UHGV virus genome: UHGV-1834803
Strand: one strand, 5' to 3'
From: a virus
Length of the DNA: 42,379 nt
The position numbers were made by a program, and so were the translations under genes. A model generated the notes under the pieces. That model made no database searches. It saw only the letters and a list, made by a program, of their open reading frames with translations, and was not told where the DNA came from. This document shows, in pieces, positions 9,334 through 20,401 of this stretch. Every line of letters starts with the position of its first letter. Positions within the stretch are counted from its first letter, which is position 1.

Positions 9334-9791
9334 TTGCTCACCTCATAGATGACCGGTCTATGATGAGAGTCAGCTAAAGCGGCACGGAGTCGAGGATCGT
9401 GCACCAGCGCAGCGATAAGCAGATCGCCTTTATGCTCCGCTAATGTGCGCTTAATATGCTTCTCATAACTGGTGCCATTCGGTACGAGATGAAGCCAGTC
9501 ATAATCAACGCCAAAATCTTTCAGCCATCGTTTAGTTGGCGCTTCAAGAGTTTCAGAGCGGCTACTGATAAGCACCACTTCAGCCCCTGAGCGAGCAAAA
9601 CCACGCAACATACGGCTGGTGGGGAAAATGAGTTCATCACCGGCAATGAGCTGGCCTGCATCCGCGTCAGATACTGATTTACGATGGCTGGCATTTGCCA
9701 GCACACCTTCAATTTCGCATAAGACATACATACCTCTTGCCATATCACACCGCCACTGGAACCTTGATCCACGATAGAGGGTCATAGCCAA
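9330..9791 (-). CDS. hypothetical protein (153 aa)
   Basis: ORF overlapping neighbours by a few codons; no convincing catalytic motif. Confidence 0.35.
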   Translation of the reverse strand: MAMTLYRGSRFQWRCDMARGMYVLCEIEGVLANASHRKSVSDADAGQLIAGDELIFPTSRMLRGFARSGAEVVLISSRSETLEAPTKRWLKDFGVDYDWLHLVPNGTSYEKHIKRTLAEHKGDLLIAALVHDPRLRAALADSHHRPVIYEVSK

Positions 9792-10875
9792 GAATTAAAA
9801 CCTCGTCCCATTTGAAATCATCCAACTCTGACCATTCATGAGGGAAAATAACGACCGGATCTGAATGCTCTGGAGCCTGTCGTTTCATTAGCTCACACAC
9901 ACCTTCCATGTGGTTGTTGTACAAATGCACGTCAAAGCCAAAATGCACAAATGCACCGGCCATGTGACCCGTAATCTTCGCGAGAAAATGAGTGAGAATG
10001 CCATAGCCAGCAATATTGAATGGCATACCAACAAAAGTGTCTACGCTACGCTGTACGAGGCAGGAGTTGAGGATGCGTTTGGGGATTCCAAGTTCATCCA
10101 GTTCAGCTTCAGTAACACTGCCGTCCATCTCCAGATCGTATAGCATCTTGGTGTAGATAGACTCGTAACCGAGGCGACTGTGTTGAAGACCAATGTCAGT
10201 TGCCATCGTTAAACGGGTTTCAAAATCCAGCTCACGACTCCACAAAGAGAAGACAAAGTGGCAAGGTGGCAGTTTCATATCCTCAAGCTCGCCTACGTTC
10301 CATGCGTTAAGCATGATGCGACGATCGGTAGGGTTCGTGCGCAGTGTATCGACAATACGCTGTAACTGATCGATTTCACGGGACAGCACTACGCGATCTT
10401 CACTGATACCCAGGTATCCCTCGACTTTGTACCCGCGTTCACGGAAAGTAGCGATCTTGCTCAGATATTCACTATGGCTCACGATGCGGGTATCTTCCCA
10501 TCGACGCCACTGCTTACCGTAAACCGGCCCCAAATCGCCATTCTCATCGGCCCATGCATCCCAAATCTTAACGCCGTTATCCTTGAGAAATTGGATGTTG
10601 CCCGTGCCTTTCAGATACCACTCAAGTTCGACAAGCAGTGGCTTAAGATTTACCGCCTTTCCAGAAATAAGCGGCACAGTCCCACCAGTAAGCATGTAGT
10701 AAGAGGGAACGTAGCAGGTGCTTAAAGTACCAGTGCCTGTGCGATCATCAGCCTGCACGCCGCTTTTAAGCACCGTCTCAATAACTTTTGCATACGATGC
10801 GTTTGTTACCTGACCGTTCGTATGCTCACGATTCAAAAGGAGTGACACAAAAACCTCACAAAGATAAGTAATCAC
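9745..10875 (-). CDS. thyA: thymidylate synthase (long form)
   Basis: DRTGTGTLS, GPVYGKQWRRW, RRIMLNAWNVGELEDMKLPPCH motifs; true start may lie downstream of the first Met. Confidence 0.8.
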   Translation of the reverse strand: MITYLCEVFVSLLLNREHTNGQVTNASYAKVIETVLKSGVQADDRTGTGTLSTCYVPSYYMLTGGTVPLISGKAVNLKPLLVELEWYLKGTGNIQFLKDNGVKIWDAWADENGDLGPVYGKQWRRWEDTRIVSHSEYLSKIATFRERGYKVEGYLGISEDRVVLSREIDQLQRIVDTLRTNPTDRRIMLNAWNVGELEDMKLPPCHFVFSLWSRELDFETRLTMATDIGLQHSRLGYESIYTKMLYDLEMDGSVTEAELDELGIPKRILNSCLVQRSVDTFVGMPFNIAGYGILTHFLAKITGHMAGAFVHFGFDVHLYNNHMEGVCELMKRQAPEHSDPVVIFPHEWSELDDFKWDEVLILGYDPLSWIKVPVAV

Positions 10876-10925
10876 TTATTCATTACGTGAGTTTACATTT
10901 ATTGAGGGAACAAGGCCAGATAGAT

Positions 10926-10955
10926 AAAAAAATGGTGGCCTATGGCCACCAAAAA
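10926..10955. terminator. bidirectional intrinsic terminator (A7-TGGTGGCC-TAT-GGCCACCA-A5)
   Basis: Perfect 8-bp GC-rich stem flanked by A/T runs on both sides. Confidence 0.5.
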
Positions 10956-11019
10956 CGAATAGTTGTTTCAGGAATTTAACGCGCCAACACAATATACATA
11001 GATAGATAACTACCTACAA

Positions 11020-11889
11020 TTATTTTTTGATCATTCCGTACATTGCTGAGGCTTTAGCTTGCTCAACAAAGGAGGATAAATCGACATCACTATAGGTTGG
11101 AGACTTCAGAATCTTTCCATCGGAAATTCGAAAACCGATCATCTTATCGGTACCATCAGCATGGCGAAATCCCAGGTCTGAAGAGTCGTATTTGCAGTTG
11201 GCCACAGCCTGGCGACGTTCCTCGACATCAGCAGGCCATAATTTTGTCATGTTAGACCGATGAATTTCGCCAACCAGCTCGACTACATTGATGCCGAGGA
11301 AATCAGCCAGTCGATAGGTCATCATGCACGCCACATAGATTTTGTTCATGACACGGCGCAGTTCCTGAATCAGCTCAGAATCCTTAACAGTCTTGTTCTC
11401 AAGTTTATCTGCCAGCTCTTCGAGCATACATGACGCCTCACGAGCTTCCTGAAATGGCATTGCCATATCATCGAAAACAGTGTTACCGGGCACAAAAATT
11501 GTCTGCATAAAGCGATCAATGCTCTGTTCCTGCGTGTAATAGGTCATGCCGGTAGAAATACCACCTTTGATGGCGACCATCGTACCAACACCAACGTATA
11601 AAAAGTCGGCCATTGCATCCAGCAGTTGCTCAATATCCCCATTCATTGCGGCTGGAATACCTTCCACTACAGCTTCTTCATGAATCAGGCTTGCACGGAG
11701 ACGAAGCAGCTCTGGTGTCGGCATAACGCGTCTCGGATGCTGGAAGAGTTCATGAAACTGATCGACCATCTTGTAAATACTTTCAGTAGCTACACCATGA
11801 CCTTCATGCAACTCATATGGTTCTGGCTTAAATCCAATGAGTCGATCGGTGGCAAGTTTCAGGTGGTCAGTCAGTTTGGTAAAGTTCAT
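11020..11889 (-). CDS. putative MazG-like nucleotide pyrophosphohydrolase
   Basis: EExxE...E..D-like helical motifs (LIHEEAVVEG...LLDAMADFLY) twice; by-eye only. Confidence 0.4.
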   Translation of the reverse strand: MNFTKLTDHLKLATDRLIGFKPEPYELHEGHGVATESIYKMVDQFHELFQHPRRVMPTPELLRLRASLIHEEAVVEGIPAAMNGDIEQLLDAMADFLYVGVGTMVAIKGGISTGMTYYTQEQSIDRFMQTIFVPGNTVFDDMAMPFQEAREASCMLEELADKLENKTVKDSELIQELRRVMNKIYVACMMTYRLADFLGINVVELVGEIHRSNMTKLWPADVEERRQAVANCKYDSSDLGFRHADGTDKMIGFRISDGKILKSPTYSDVDLSSFVEQAKASAMYGMIKK

Positions 11890-11966
11890 GCTAGTTTTGT
11901 TCCTTCTTAATTCTTGTGATCCATTGTGGCCCAGCGTTGCCAGGCCACATAATGCTTTGTATCGGT

Positions 11967-13109
11967 TTACAGGTCAGCAAACTGGCTTAGAGAAGCCTTA
12001 TCCACGGTAGAATCGATCTGACCTACCAGATATGTGCTTTGCTCTGCCTCTTGTGGTGCAATTTGCAGTGTGTCGGTTAACAACCACTTGTTCATCCAGA
12101 CCAGCGGATCGGTGGTAACCTCTGGAAATAAAGCCTTCAGGCCAAGACGATTCATAGCCAGATTGGTGCGGTATTTTACATAGGTTTTGAGAATATCCGC
12201 GTTTAAACCAATCATCGAACCGTCTTTGAAGAGATAGTCTGCCCAGTTCATTTCTTGTTCGGCGACTGATTTCATGGTGTCGTAAATGACGTTTTCTTCA
12301 TCAGCAGCAATCTCTTTCCACAATAAACCTTCGCGACCGGTACGCATGAAGCGGATCATGCGTTCAGTTCCTTCGCAATGCAGAGCTTCATCACGGGCAA
12401 TAAAGCGCATAATTTTGGTGTTACCCTCAAGCAACTTCCGTTCGCCAAAGGCAAACGTACATGCAAAACTTACATAGAAACGGATCGCCTCAAGCGCATT
12501 AATGGACACCAACGTGCGGAAAAGCTGACGGTGCAAAGGGTATGGCTCCCAGCCATATTCATTTACGTACAGACGTTCAAACTCCTTCTCACCTAACGAC
12601 TGGCGCTCGCAGGTCATCCCATAAAGCCTGTCATATTCAGCAGAGATACTGATCGCTCGGTTGATGATTTCTTCATCCGTAACAATACCGTCAAAAACAA
12701 TGCTCGGATCGTCCACCATGCCACGAATAATGTGGGTGTAGCTGCGGCTATGGATAGTCTCAGAGAAAGACCACGTTTCAACCCACGTTTCCAGTTCAGG
12801 AATAGAGATAAGCGGCAGCAGCGTTGCATTTGGACTACGTCCCTGAACTGAATCGAGTAACGTTTGATAACGGAGATTGCTCAGAAAAATGTGACGTTCG
12901 TGGTCCCGCAGCTTCGTGTTGAAGTCGATACGATCGCTCGAAATATCAACTTCTTCCGGCCGCCAGAAGAAAGACAATTGACGTTCAATCAACTTTTCAA
13001 AATCACGGTATTTTTGCTGATCGTAACGTGCCACGTTGACAGATTGTCCGAGGAACATAGGCTCTTTGGTTGCATCATTAGCACCCAAACGGAACGTTGA
13101 ATATGACAT
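11967..13109 (-). CDS. nrdB: ribonucleotide reductase class Ia beta subunit
   Basis: Diiron/tyrosyl-radical R2 motifs ([15 protein letters not shown]; FACTFAFGE; RDEALH). Confidence 0.9.
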   Translation of the reverse strand: MSYSTFRLGANDATKEPMFLGQSVNVARYDQQKYRDFEKLIERQLSFFWRPEEVDISSDRIDFNTKLRDHERHIFLSNLRYQTLLDSVQGRSPNATLLPLISIPELETWVETWSFSETIHSRSYTHIIRGMVDDPSIVFDGIVTDEEIINRAISISAEYDRLYGMTCERQSLGEKEFERLYVNEYGWEPYPLHRQLFRTLVSINALEAIRFYVSFACTFAFGERKLLEGNTKIMRFIARDEALHCEGTERMIRFMRTGREGLLWKEIAADEENVIYDTMKSVAEQEMNWADYLFKDGSMIGLNADILKTYVKYRTNLAMNRLGLKALFPEVTTDPLVWMNKWLLTDTLQIAPQEAEQSTYLVGQIDSTVDKASLSQFADL

Positions 13110-13137
13110 GTGTTTTTCCTTTTTCTTTTTTGGTGCG

Positions 13138-13156
13138 TTTAAACAAGTTGTTATCT
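13138..13156 (-). promoter_or_regulatory. conserved palindromic motif TTTAAACAAGTTGTTATCTTA
   Basis: Third copy, ~30 bp upstream of the nrdB start. Confidence 0.4.
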
Positions 13157-13215
13157 TATGTGTTTAAACAAGGCTTACAAATCAAAGAGAAGGTGGGGAT
13201 ATCCCCCACCATATG

Positions 13216-15531
13216 TCAGATTTTGCAGGCTCCGTCGCACTCATCTTCTGGCTCGACGGCTACAGCTTGCGCCAGTGGATTCTGCGGTTCGTCGTCATCA
13301 CGCTTTCCTGCACCATCTCTGGTGTTGTGGTAGTAAAGCGTTTTAACTCCCATCTTGTAGGCGAGAAGCAAATCTGACAGTAGCGTCATCATTGGGACTT
13401 TATCGCCTTCAAAGCGAGAAGGGTCATAGTTGGTATTGGCCGAAATAGCCTGGTCAAAGAACTTCTGGATGATCGCCACCTTTGTCAGATAGCCGCGGTT
13501 GTCCGGCATATCCCACAGGTATTCATACTGTTCCTTCAGTTTTTCAAACTCAGGCACGACCATCTTGACGATGCCGTCCTTAGAAGATTTCACTGACACC
13601 GGGCCACGAGGCGGTTCGATGCCGTTGGTGGAATTAGTGATCTGGCTGGAAGTCTCGCATGGCATTTGTGCCGTCAGTGTGGAGTTGCGAAGGCCGTATT
13701 TTGCAATACGTTCACGCAGTTCTTCCCACGGCATCTTTAACTCAAAGTTGGTTTCGCCACTTTCGTCTAATGAAGAACGGTAATGGTCGATCGGCAACTG
13801 ACCAATTGCGTATTTGGTCTGCTCAAACCAGTCACACTCACCTTTTGCTTCAGCAAGTCGGCAGCTGGCATCAAGAAGGTAATACTGGATAGCTTCGAAC
13901 GTTTCATGCACCAGTTTATTGCCAGCGGTATCAGAATAACGAACGCCATTCTTTGCCAGGTAATAAGCAAAGTTGGTTACACCAATTCCCAAGCTACGAC
14001 GAGCTTTGGCAGGCACTTCGGCTGCCTCCATCGGATAGTCTTGATAATCCAGTAACGAATCCAGTGCAGCAACGGCATAGAACGCCACCTCTTTAAGAGA
14101 CTCCAGTGAACGGATGGCTCCGAGGTTAAAAGCGGATAAAGTGCATAGCGCGATCTCACCGTTCGGGTCGTCGGTAAATGCCAGTGGACGGGTGGGTAGG
14201 GTGATCTCCATACACAGGTTTGACTGGCGAACAGGTGCAAGAGCAGGAATGAAAGCGCCATGCTCATTAATATGATCGACGTTCGCAATATAAATTCGGC
14301 CCGTGGACGCTCGTTCCTGCATCAGAGATGAGAACAGCTCAATGGCAGGTACTGACTTCTTGCGAATTGAATCATCGGCTTCGTATTTATGGTACAGCTT
14401 TTCAAACAGCTCCTGGTCTGTGAAGAAGGCTTCGTACATATCAGGCACATCATGCGGGCTGAACAGAGTGATGTTCTCGCTTCTGACGAGTCGACGGTAC
14501 ATTAGACGGTTACTCATGACGCCGTAATCAAGATGGCGAACGCGGTTTTCATCAATACCACGGTTATTTTTCACCACCAGCAGACTTTCAACTTCAAGAT
14601 GCCAGATCGGGTAAAACGCTGTTGCTGCGCCACCACGAACACCACCTTGCGAACAAGATTTAACAGCCGTCTGGAAATGCTTCAGGAATGGAATAACTCC
14701 AGTATGGGTGGCTTCACCATTGCGGATCTCGCTGCCCAGCGCACGGATACGGCCAAAACCAATACCAATTCCAGCACGACGTGAAACGTAGTCGATAATT
14801 GCGGCTGAAGCTGCACTAATCCCTTTCAGACTATCGCCAGACTCAATCAGCACACAACTGGAGAACTGACGGGTTGGAGTACGGACGCCGGCCATGATTG
14901 GTGTGGGCAGAGACAGTTTGAACGTACTTGTAACGTCATAGAAACCTTTGACCATCTCCATACGTGTTTTGCCAGCGCAGTCGTCTTCCCAATTCTGGAA
15001 CAGACACATGCCTACCAGCATATAGATATGTTGCGGCCCCTCATGAATCTCACCAGTAACACGGTTTTGAACGAGGTATTTGCTTTGCAACTGCACCGTA
15101 GCTGCATAGCCAAAAAGATCGTCACGTTTCGGCTTAATGTAATTGCCGAGTTCTTCGATCTCTTCAAACGAATAATGTGTCAGCAAATCCTTGTCATAAA
15201 CGCCCTTGTTAACGTTCTTGACAATGTGTTGGTAGAAGTTCGGATAGTCGTAACGACCGAAGGCATCTTTGCGGATTTTAAAAATGTTCAGGCGGGCAGC
15301 CACCTGTGAGTAATTTGGTGCTTCTGGTGAGATCAAATCAGCGGCAGATTTAACCAAAGCCTCATGCAACTGGCTGGTGGTAATCCCATCAAAAATGCTG
15401 GCCGCAGCTCCCATTGCTACAGCGGATGCGCTTACACCACGAATGCCTTCTACGCCATACATTACGACGCGGTTGTATTTTTCTTCGGATAACGGCTCTG
15501 TTTGGCCGTTACGTTTTACGATGCTTATCAT
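13216..15531 (-). CDS. nrdA: ribonucleotide reductase class Ia alpha subunit
   Basis: ATP-cone N-terminus (IVKRNGQTEPL), NLCMEITLP active-site region, Cys/Tyr-rich C-terminal tail. Confidence 0.9.
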   Translation of the reverse strand: MISIVKRNGQTEPLSEEKYNRVVMYGVEGIRGVSASAVAMGAAASIFDGITTSQLHEALVKSAADLISPEAPNYSQVAARLNIFKIRKDAFGRYDYPNFYQHIVKNVNKGVYDKDLLTHYSFEEIEELGNYIKPKRDDLFGYAATVQLQSKYLVQNRVTGEIHEGPQHIYMLVGMCLFQNWEDDCAGKTRMEMVKGFYDVTSTFKLSLPTPIMAGVRTPTRQFSSCVLIESGDSLKGISAASAAIIDYVSRRAGIGIGFGRIRALGSEIRNGEATHTGVIPFLKHFQTAVKSCSQGGVRGGAATAFYPIWHLEVESLLVVKNNRGIDENRVRHLDYGVMSNRLMYRRLVRSENITLFSPHDVPDMYEAFFTDQELFEKLYHKYEADDSIRKKSVPAIELFSSLMQERASTGRIYIANVDHINEHGAFIPALAPVRQSNLCMEITLPTRPLAFTDDPNGEIALCTLSAFNLGAIRSLESLKEVAFYAVAALDSLLDYQDYPMEAAEVPAKARRSLGIGVTNFAYYLAKNGVRYSDTAGNKLVHETFEAIQYYLLDASCRLAEAKGECDWFEQTKYAIGQLPIDHYRSSLDESGETNFELKMPWEELRERIAKYGLRNSTLTAQMPCETSSQITNSTNGIEPPRGPVSVKSSKDGIVKMVVPEFEKLKEQYEYLWDMPDNRGYLTKVAIIQKFFDQAISANTNYDPSRFEGDKVPMMTLLSDLLLAYKMGVKTLYYHNTRDGAGKRDDDEPQNPLAQAVAVEPEDECDGACKI

Positions 15532-15604
15532 GTATCACCAAATAAAGAGGGCCACTAAATATAGTGGCCCATGTTAATAGATAAGCACTTACCTATCAAT
15601 GAGA

Positions 15605-16174
15605 TCAAATGAGAGACTTAAGAACATCGCGCACCTGGCGGAACTGATCTGTTTGCATACCGGTATGGATGGCAGCCACCGCATCAGCCAAATGTTCGTT
15701 TTTGTTCACGAGAACATCCTGTCCAGATTGCTTACGACGCAGCCACGGTGCTTTAGGGTGTTTTTTCGTAGCCCACTGGATAATCTCTTCTTTCGATGTA
15801 GTAAGTTTATTGCCGACAAAATGCTTGATTTCGTTTGGAGTAACCTGGATCAATGGCTTATCCACACACGCAAGTACACCGATACAAATACCGTAAGACG
15901 TCTGCGAACGAGAGTTTTGGCTCCCAACCGGTAGCTCACAAAAAACCATATTTGCCTTATCAATGATTGGCTTCGCAACACGCCATATTTCACTGGCTCG
16001 GCGCAGATCGTCACTGTTCACACGAACGGTCTTTTTGTTACTCCCCGCTTTAGTCTCAACAAGAGTAAGGCCGTGAATCTCAAGTTCGTCCGTCTCAAGG
16101 TCTAAAGTGCCCACAGCAAGCCCAAAGTTGCTCATTGAGGGATCAACACCAACTACGCTGATTTTTTTACTCAT
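15605..16174 (-). CDS. RuvC-like Holliday junction resolvase
   Basis: VVGVDPSMSNFGLAV N-terminus and C-terminal HLADAVAAIHTG resemble RuvC catalytic motifs. Confidence 0.55.
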   Translation of the reverse strand: MSKKISVVGVDPSMSNFGLAVGTLDLETDELEIHGLTLVETKAGSNKKTVRVNSDDLRRASEIWRVAKPIIDKANMVFCELPVGSQNSRSQTSYGICIGVLACVDKPLIQVTPNEIKHFVGNKLTTSKEEIIQWATKKHPKAPWLRRKQSGQDVLVNKNEHLADAVAAIHTGMQTDQFRQVRDVLKSLI

Positions 16175-16183
16175 ATAGTCTCC

Positions 16184-16926
16184 TTACCATGTTCCCCATA
16201 TAGGGTTTTCCAATAATCTCGCCTCCAACGAATTGGCTACTATTGCCGTTTGCAACGTTGGTTGGGGATAGTTTGCAAAGTCTGAATACTCATTTTCCTG
16301 CGTGACACGTTTATCTGCGGCATGTTTAACACCACTTGCTATGAAATGACGCATGATGCCCAACAGCCTCCGACTGTCTGCACTATCGTTTGCTAAAACA
16401 TGAGGGAGCTGAAGTTCGATTTCTACCATTTCTCCATACTTACCAACAAACTGTAGTTTGTCCGCACTGTACTTTTTATCCCTCCTTTGGATAAGGAAAC
16501 CAGTAAAAGCATCACCTGGCGATGCCAAACTATCCACCCGCTTATTGGCAAGTCGAATAAGGTTCGTGAAAGCCATACAGTGATGCGCACCCATTCCCCC
16601 AAAGAACCCTTCGCTATTAATGTTAAGATCTTCAGTTTCATGGGATGCAATAAACCCAGGCCCGACGTTGGGAAGATATCCCCCTCAACAAAAGGATTAA
16701 TCAGGATCGGCGCAATACATCCAGGTGGTAGTGATTTCAAACTTTGCATCAATGGCGTCTCGGATATTAGACCAAGCAACGCGGCGAATTGTACTCCGTC
16801 AATATTGTTGCTGCCCCACAGAATACGTGGAGCCGCACCATTGGAAGTATGCCCATTGATCAGTTTTATCGACTGCATCACTGCAAATACCTGCAAAAAC
16901 TGCGAGCGGCTTAATTTAAACGACAT
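16184..16926 (-). pseudogene. gene split across two frames (frameshift, or sequencing error at a homopolymer)
   Basis: ORFs 16423..16926 and 16184..16594 overlap out of frame; CCCCC runs at 16596..16600 and 16680..16684 lie near the frame junction. Confidence 0.3.
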
Positions 16927-18832
16927 AGCTGCGCCCCTCTTTAACTTCCAGCGTAATAGTTTCCCGGAACCATGACTTCATCTCTTTATGGGAGATAATC
17001 AGCACAGTACCTCGCTCGCGAGCTTTGGACTCCAGAATACCCATGAGGCGTTCAAGACCGGCTGTATCGAGTGCATCGTCAATTTCGTCGCCGATAAACA
17101 AATCGATGTTTTTACTCGCCCGGTTACTAACCAGATCCTGCAATGCCAAAGAACACGCAATGCGAACCTTCCGCTTCTCACCACCAGAGAGGGTCTGGAA
17201 CGACTTACTTGAACCTTTCTTCTGCACACTAATGTTGAATTTGTCGCGATACTCACCTTTTTTAGTGACATCCATCGTCGACCACTCAGCAGTAATATTC
17301 CCGTCAGACAACGTATTGAGATACTCGGCAGTGCGTGTATTCAGGAAAGGCGTAACAGACGTCAAAATATGAGAACGCACCCCGGCAGGAGAGTAGACCT
17401 GACGAGCTTTTTCCAATAGCAACGTTTGTTCCTGAATAGCCTTCAACTCATCTTTTAAGGACTTGAAGGTAGACTTACTGGATACCAAGTTATCTTCGTG
17501 TCTGGCGATAAGAGCAATAAACGGATTAATCTCTTTTGATATACGATCGACCTCAGTACGAGCACGAGTCACAAGAGACTCAATAGCAACAACCTCCTTC
17601 TCACGATGACGCAAAGATGAGAGTTGTTTCGTAAGCTCTTCAATCCGGGCAATGATAGCCGTTACATCAGGTGTCGTTTTAACAAGGGCAGACTCAATGC
17701 TTAACGCTTTCTCAAGATTCGTTTTGTGTTTAGCCATTGCCTCTGCAAGTGTCTTCGCCTGACCAATTTCCTGACGTGCTTGTTCAATGAAATTCTCCTT
17801 CACCGTTGATAGATCTTCTTCGCAGTAGGCTTTGCCACAAGTAGGGCATGGTGATCCCACTTTAGTACCAACCTCTTCTGCTTTGGTCTTAAAATTACGC
17901 GCGCGGTTCATTGCATCAGCCTGACTATTTTCTGTAGCTTTGATGCTTGCCCGAATATCAGTTATCGCACCACGAACTTTGAGCAACTTGGCGTCATGTT
18001 CTTCTTTTGAGGCTAACTTTTTGCGCTCACTTTCGATTGCCTTCTCGGTATCACGTATCTGTTCGGGAAGAGTGCGGATCTCAAGTTCAACTTCCGTTAA
18101 CTCAACTTCGGCACTGGCCAGCCCAGCCAGGGCATCGTCATAACGTTTAGAACGCTCTTGCTCCCATGATTCAGAGGAGGCTTTCGCTGACTCAATTTCT
18201 GACTGTGTTGCCTCAATGGTCGAGATTGTCGACTCCAATTTGGTTTTAACCACATCCATACGTGCGGCAGCTGCATTAGCTCGCTCACGAGCAATAGCGT
18301 AGGCGCGTGTCAGTCTGTCAACGCCAGCGGCTTCTTCTACGATGGTTTTGAGGTTTTTGTCGGACATTCCAGGTAAATCTGGCATAGCTTCTTGGCTCGC
18401 ATAGATGGAAGCCATGAAAACCTCTTTAGATGCACCGATCAGACGCTCGACGAACTCTTGCGTCAGCGCATCTTTGCCTTTCGTCATATCGCCGTCTTCA
18501 CCACGAACGATAAGCCGATTTTTGAACTCTTTGTGTTTACGGTGACGAATGATCGCATATCTCTTGCCTTCATCCTCGATGGTTACTGCAACACGACAGT
18601 TCTTTTCATGGTCGGTAGACAACACATCGTCACCCTTCACACCATGAGCTGTTTCGCCATAAAGACACCACATCAGGCTATTCATTAGCGTTGACTTTCC
18701 AGAGCCATTACTTGATGCGGAACTATCATCACTATTAACACCCTGAATGAGCACTAAACCACGCTGATCTAACTCGACCTCCGCGCTGGCGATAGCCATA
18801 AAATTCTCAACCTGGAGCTTTAAAAACTTCAT
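16916..18832 (-). CDS. SbcC/Rad50-like ATPase
   Basis: Walker A GSGKST, long coiled-coil with CPTCGK zinc hook, signature LSGGEKRK, Walker B DEIDDALD. Confidence 0.85.
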   Translation of the reverse strand: MKFLKLQVENFMAIASAEVELDQRGLVLIQGVNSDDSSASSNGSGKSTLMNSLMWCLYGETAHGVKGDDVLSTDHEKNCRVAVTIEDEGKRYAIIRHRKHKEFKNRLIVRGEDGDMTKGKDALTQEFVERLIGASKEVFMASIYASQEAMPDLPGMSDKNLKTIVEEAAGVDRLTRAYAIARERANAAAARMDVVKTKLESTISTIEATQSEIESAKASSESWEQERSKRYDDALAGLASAEVELTEVELEIRTLPEQIRDTEKAIESERKKLASKEEHDAKLLKVRGAITDIRASIKATENSQADAMNRARNFKTKAEEVGTKVGSPCPTCGKAYCEEDLSTVKENFIEQARQEIGQAKTLAEAMAKHKTNLEKALSIESALVKTTPDVTAIIARIEELTKQLSSLRHREKEVVAIESLVTRARTEVDRISKEINPFIALIARHEDNLVSSKSTFKSLKDELKAIQEQTLLLEKARQVYSPAGVRSHILTSVTPFLNTRTAEYLNTLSDGNITAEWSTMDVTKKGEYRDKFNISVQKKGSSKSFQTLSGGEKRKVRIACSLALQDLVSNRASKNIDLFIGDEIDDALDTAGLERLMGILESKARERGTVLIISHKEMKSWFRETITLEVKEGRSYVV

Positions 18833-19061
18833 ATAACACCTTTGATACCGTGTGTTAGCTTTTGACCTTCTTTCAATCTGAACTCCGTATGCGCCGGGAA
18901 GGATCTGCGCCTCAATACGCCTTTTCTGGTTAACCTTCCAAGATAAAACGCTACGGGATTTCCTTGTGGCGGGTAGGGCTTGTGAAACATCACCGTCTGG
19001 CCTCGTTCAAGTCTTTTCATCGTGATGGCAAAGTCTCGAAAGCTCCCATAACGACTTTGCC

Positions 19062-20147
19062 TCACACAGCCTCCGAACTCTCCGCTTCGGTGAGGATTTC
19101 CTGACACAAAATATCCAACTTGCTTAGATCAAATCCGCCGTCAGTATCGTGGACAATCTTGCAATAAGCAGATACCGACTCTCCCAAGCTATCGATTTTG
19201 CTGGTTTCCGTTGTGCTTGCTGTCCCTTCCATCATTGATGACTTACGGATGAAGTTGCACACGACACCTTTTGCACCCATTGTTTTGAGGATGTTCTGGT
19301 ACTTAATGCCTTCTTCATCGTTCTCAATTACGGCGCGGAAACGCACGTAGTTGCCGCGAATTTGGTCATCGGCAACATAATCTTCCAGGTTAATGAATTT
19401 AGGCGCACTGGTTTCGTAGTGACTGAAACTGCCGTCCGGGTTTACGATCATGTAACCAGCCAGAGATCCAACATCTCCCCAATTTTGATGGGTCAGCGCA
19501 CCGACACTGATAACTCCAGGAATGACCTCTTTGTGGTTGTGGTAATGCCCACTAAGCACGAGACGAAAGCCGATATCCTTTAACTCCTGCGCATCGATAC
19601 CGACGTCAGGCATTGTTGGAATGGCTTTGTTAATGGATGTATGGATAACAACGTCATGATTATCACCTTCTACGCTCTTACGTAATGCTTTCAGATCGCT
19701 GATAAGCTCTGCATGATTGTTACGCCAGCTAATCAGGTGGACAGTCACATCACCAATTTTTATTGAGTGTGGGCGTTTGCCACATACGATTACCACGCCG
19801 ATAGAACTCAGCGATGCTGCTGCGTTGGCGCTATATACTGAATCGTTGGTTTCAAGATCGTGATTACCGGCCAGCATTACTACTGTCAGATCAAGCTCGT
19901 TGATAATCCACTTGTACGTTTCAGTTACGTAATGCAAAACAGAAGGGGACACAGTTCCTCGGACGTGAAATGTATCACCGGCAACCAACATGTACTTACA
20001 ACCTGCCTTCTTCATGGCGATGGCTGCTTCTTTCGTTGCTTCCAACTGTATTTCAAGTCTGGAGTTAAGCCCCTCTGCGTTCGTCGTGGAGAACGCATCC
20101 CATTTGTGGTAGTGGCAGTCAGAAATGACGCCGTATGGCAAAGTCAT
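19062..20147 (-). CDS. SbcD/Mre11-like nuclease (calcineurin-like phosphoesterase)
   Basis: DCHYH, GDTFH, GNHD, GHYH metallophosphoesterase motifs; adjacent to the SbcC-like gene. Confidence 0.85.
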   Translation of the reverse strand: MTLPYGVISDCHYHKWDAFSTTNAEGLNSRLEIQLEATKEAAIAMKKAGCKYMLVAGDTFHVRGTVSPSVLHYVTETYKWIINELDLTVVMLAGNHDLETNDSVYSANAAASLSSIGVVIVCGKRPHSIKIGDVTVHLISWRNNHAELISDLKALRKSVEGDNHDVVIHTSINKAIPTMPDVGIDAQELKDIGFRLVLSGHYHNHKEVIPGVISVGALTHQNWGDVGSLAGYMIVNPDGSFSHYETSAPKFINLEDYVADDQIRGNYVRFRAVIENDEEGIKYQNILKTMGAKGVVCNFIRKSSMMEGTASTTETSKIDSLGESVSAYCKIVHDTDGGFDLSKLDILCQEILTEAESSEAV

Positions 20148-20401
20148 GTGTTTTTCCTTTGTGGTTATTTTGATACAAATTTTAAGAGCAATGAGAAGGT
20201 AAACAACTATGCATAACGGTATGTTAGGAATGAAACGAGCGTCTTAATATACAAAATTTATAAGTAAGTATATACCTATTTGTTGTGACGCAACTTTGCT
20301 TGTCTGTATGACTAAAAATAAGACAGGATCACTGTAGAACGCTATGAGAGCTATTTTGAGGAGGCGTAGATTCTATCTACGCCAATATACGATCTGGAGG
20401 G

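Noticed and set aside
9521-9772. 83-aa alternative-frame ORF
   Set aside because: Entirely embedded in gene 9330..9791 in another frame.
16487-16975. 162-aa plus-strand ORF
   Set aside because: Antisense to the split minus-strand gene and the SbcC 3' end; no support.
18829-19107. 92-aa ORF between the SbcC- and SbcD-like genes
   Set aside because: Overlaps the 3' end of the SbcD-like gene out of frame with no independent start signal.
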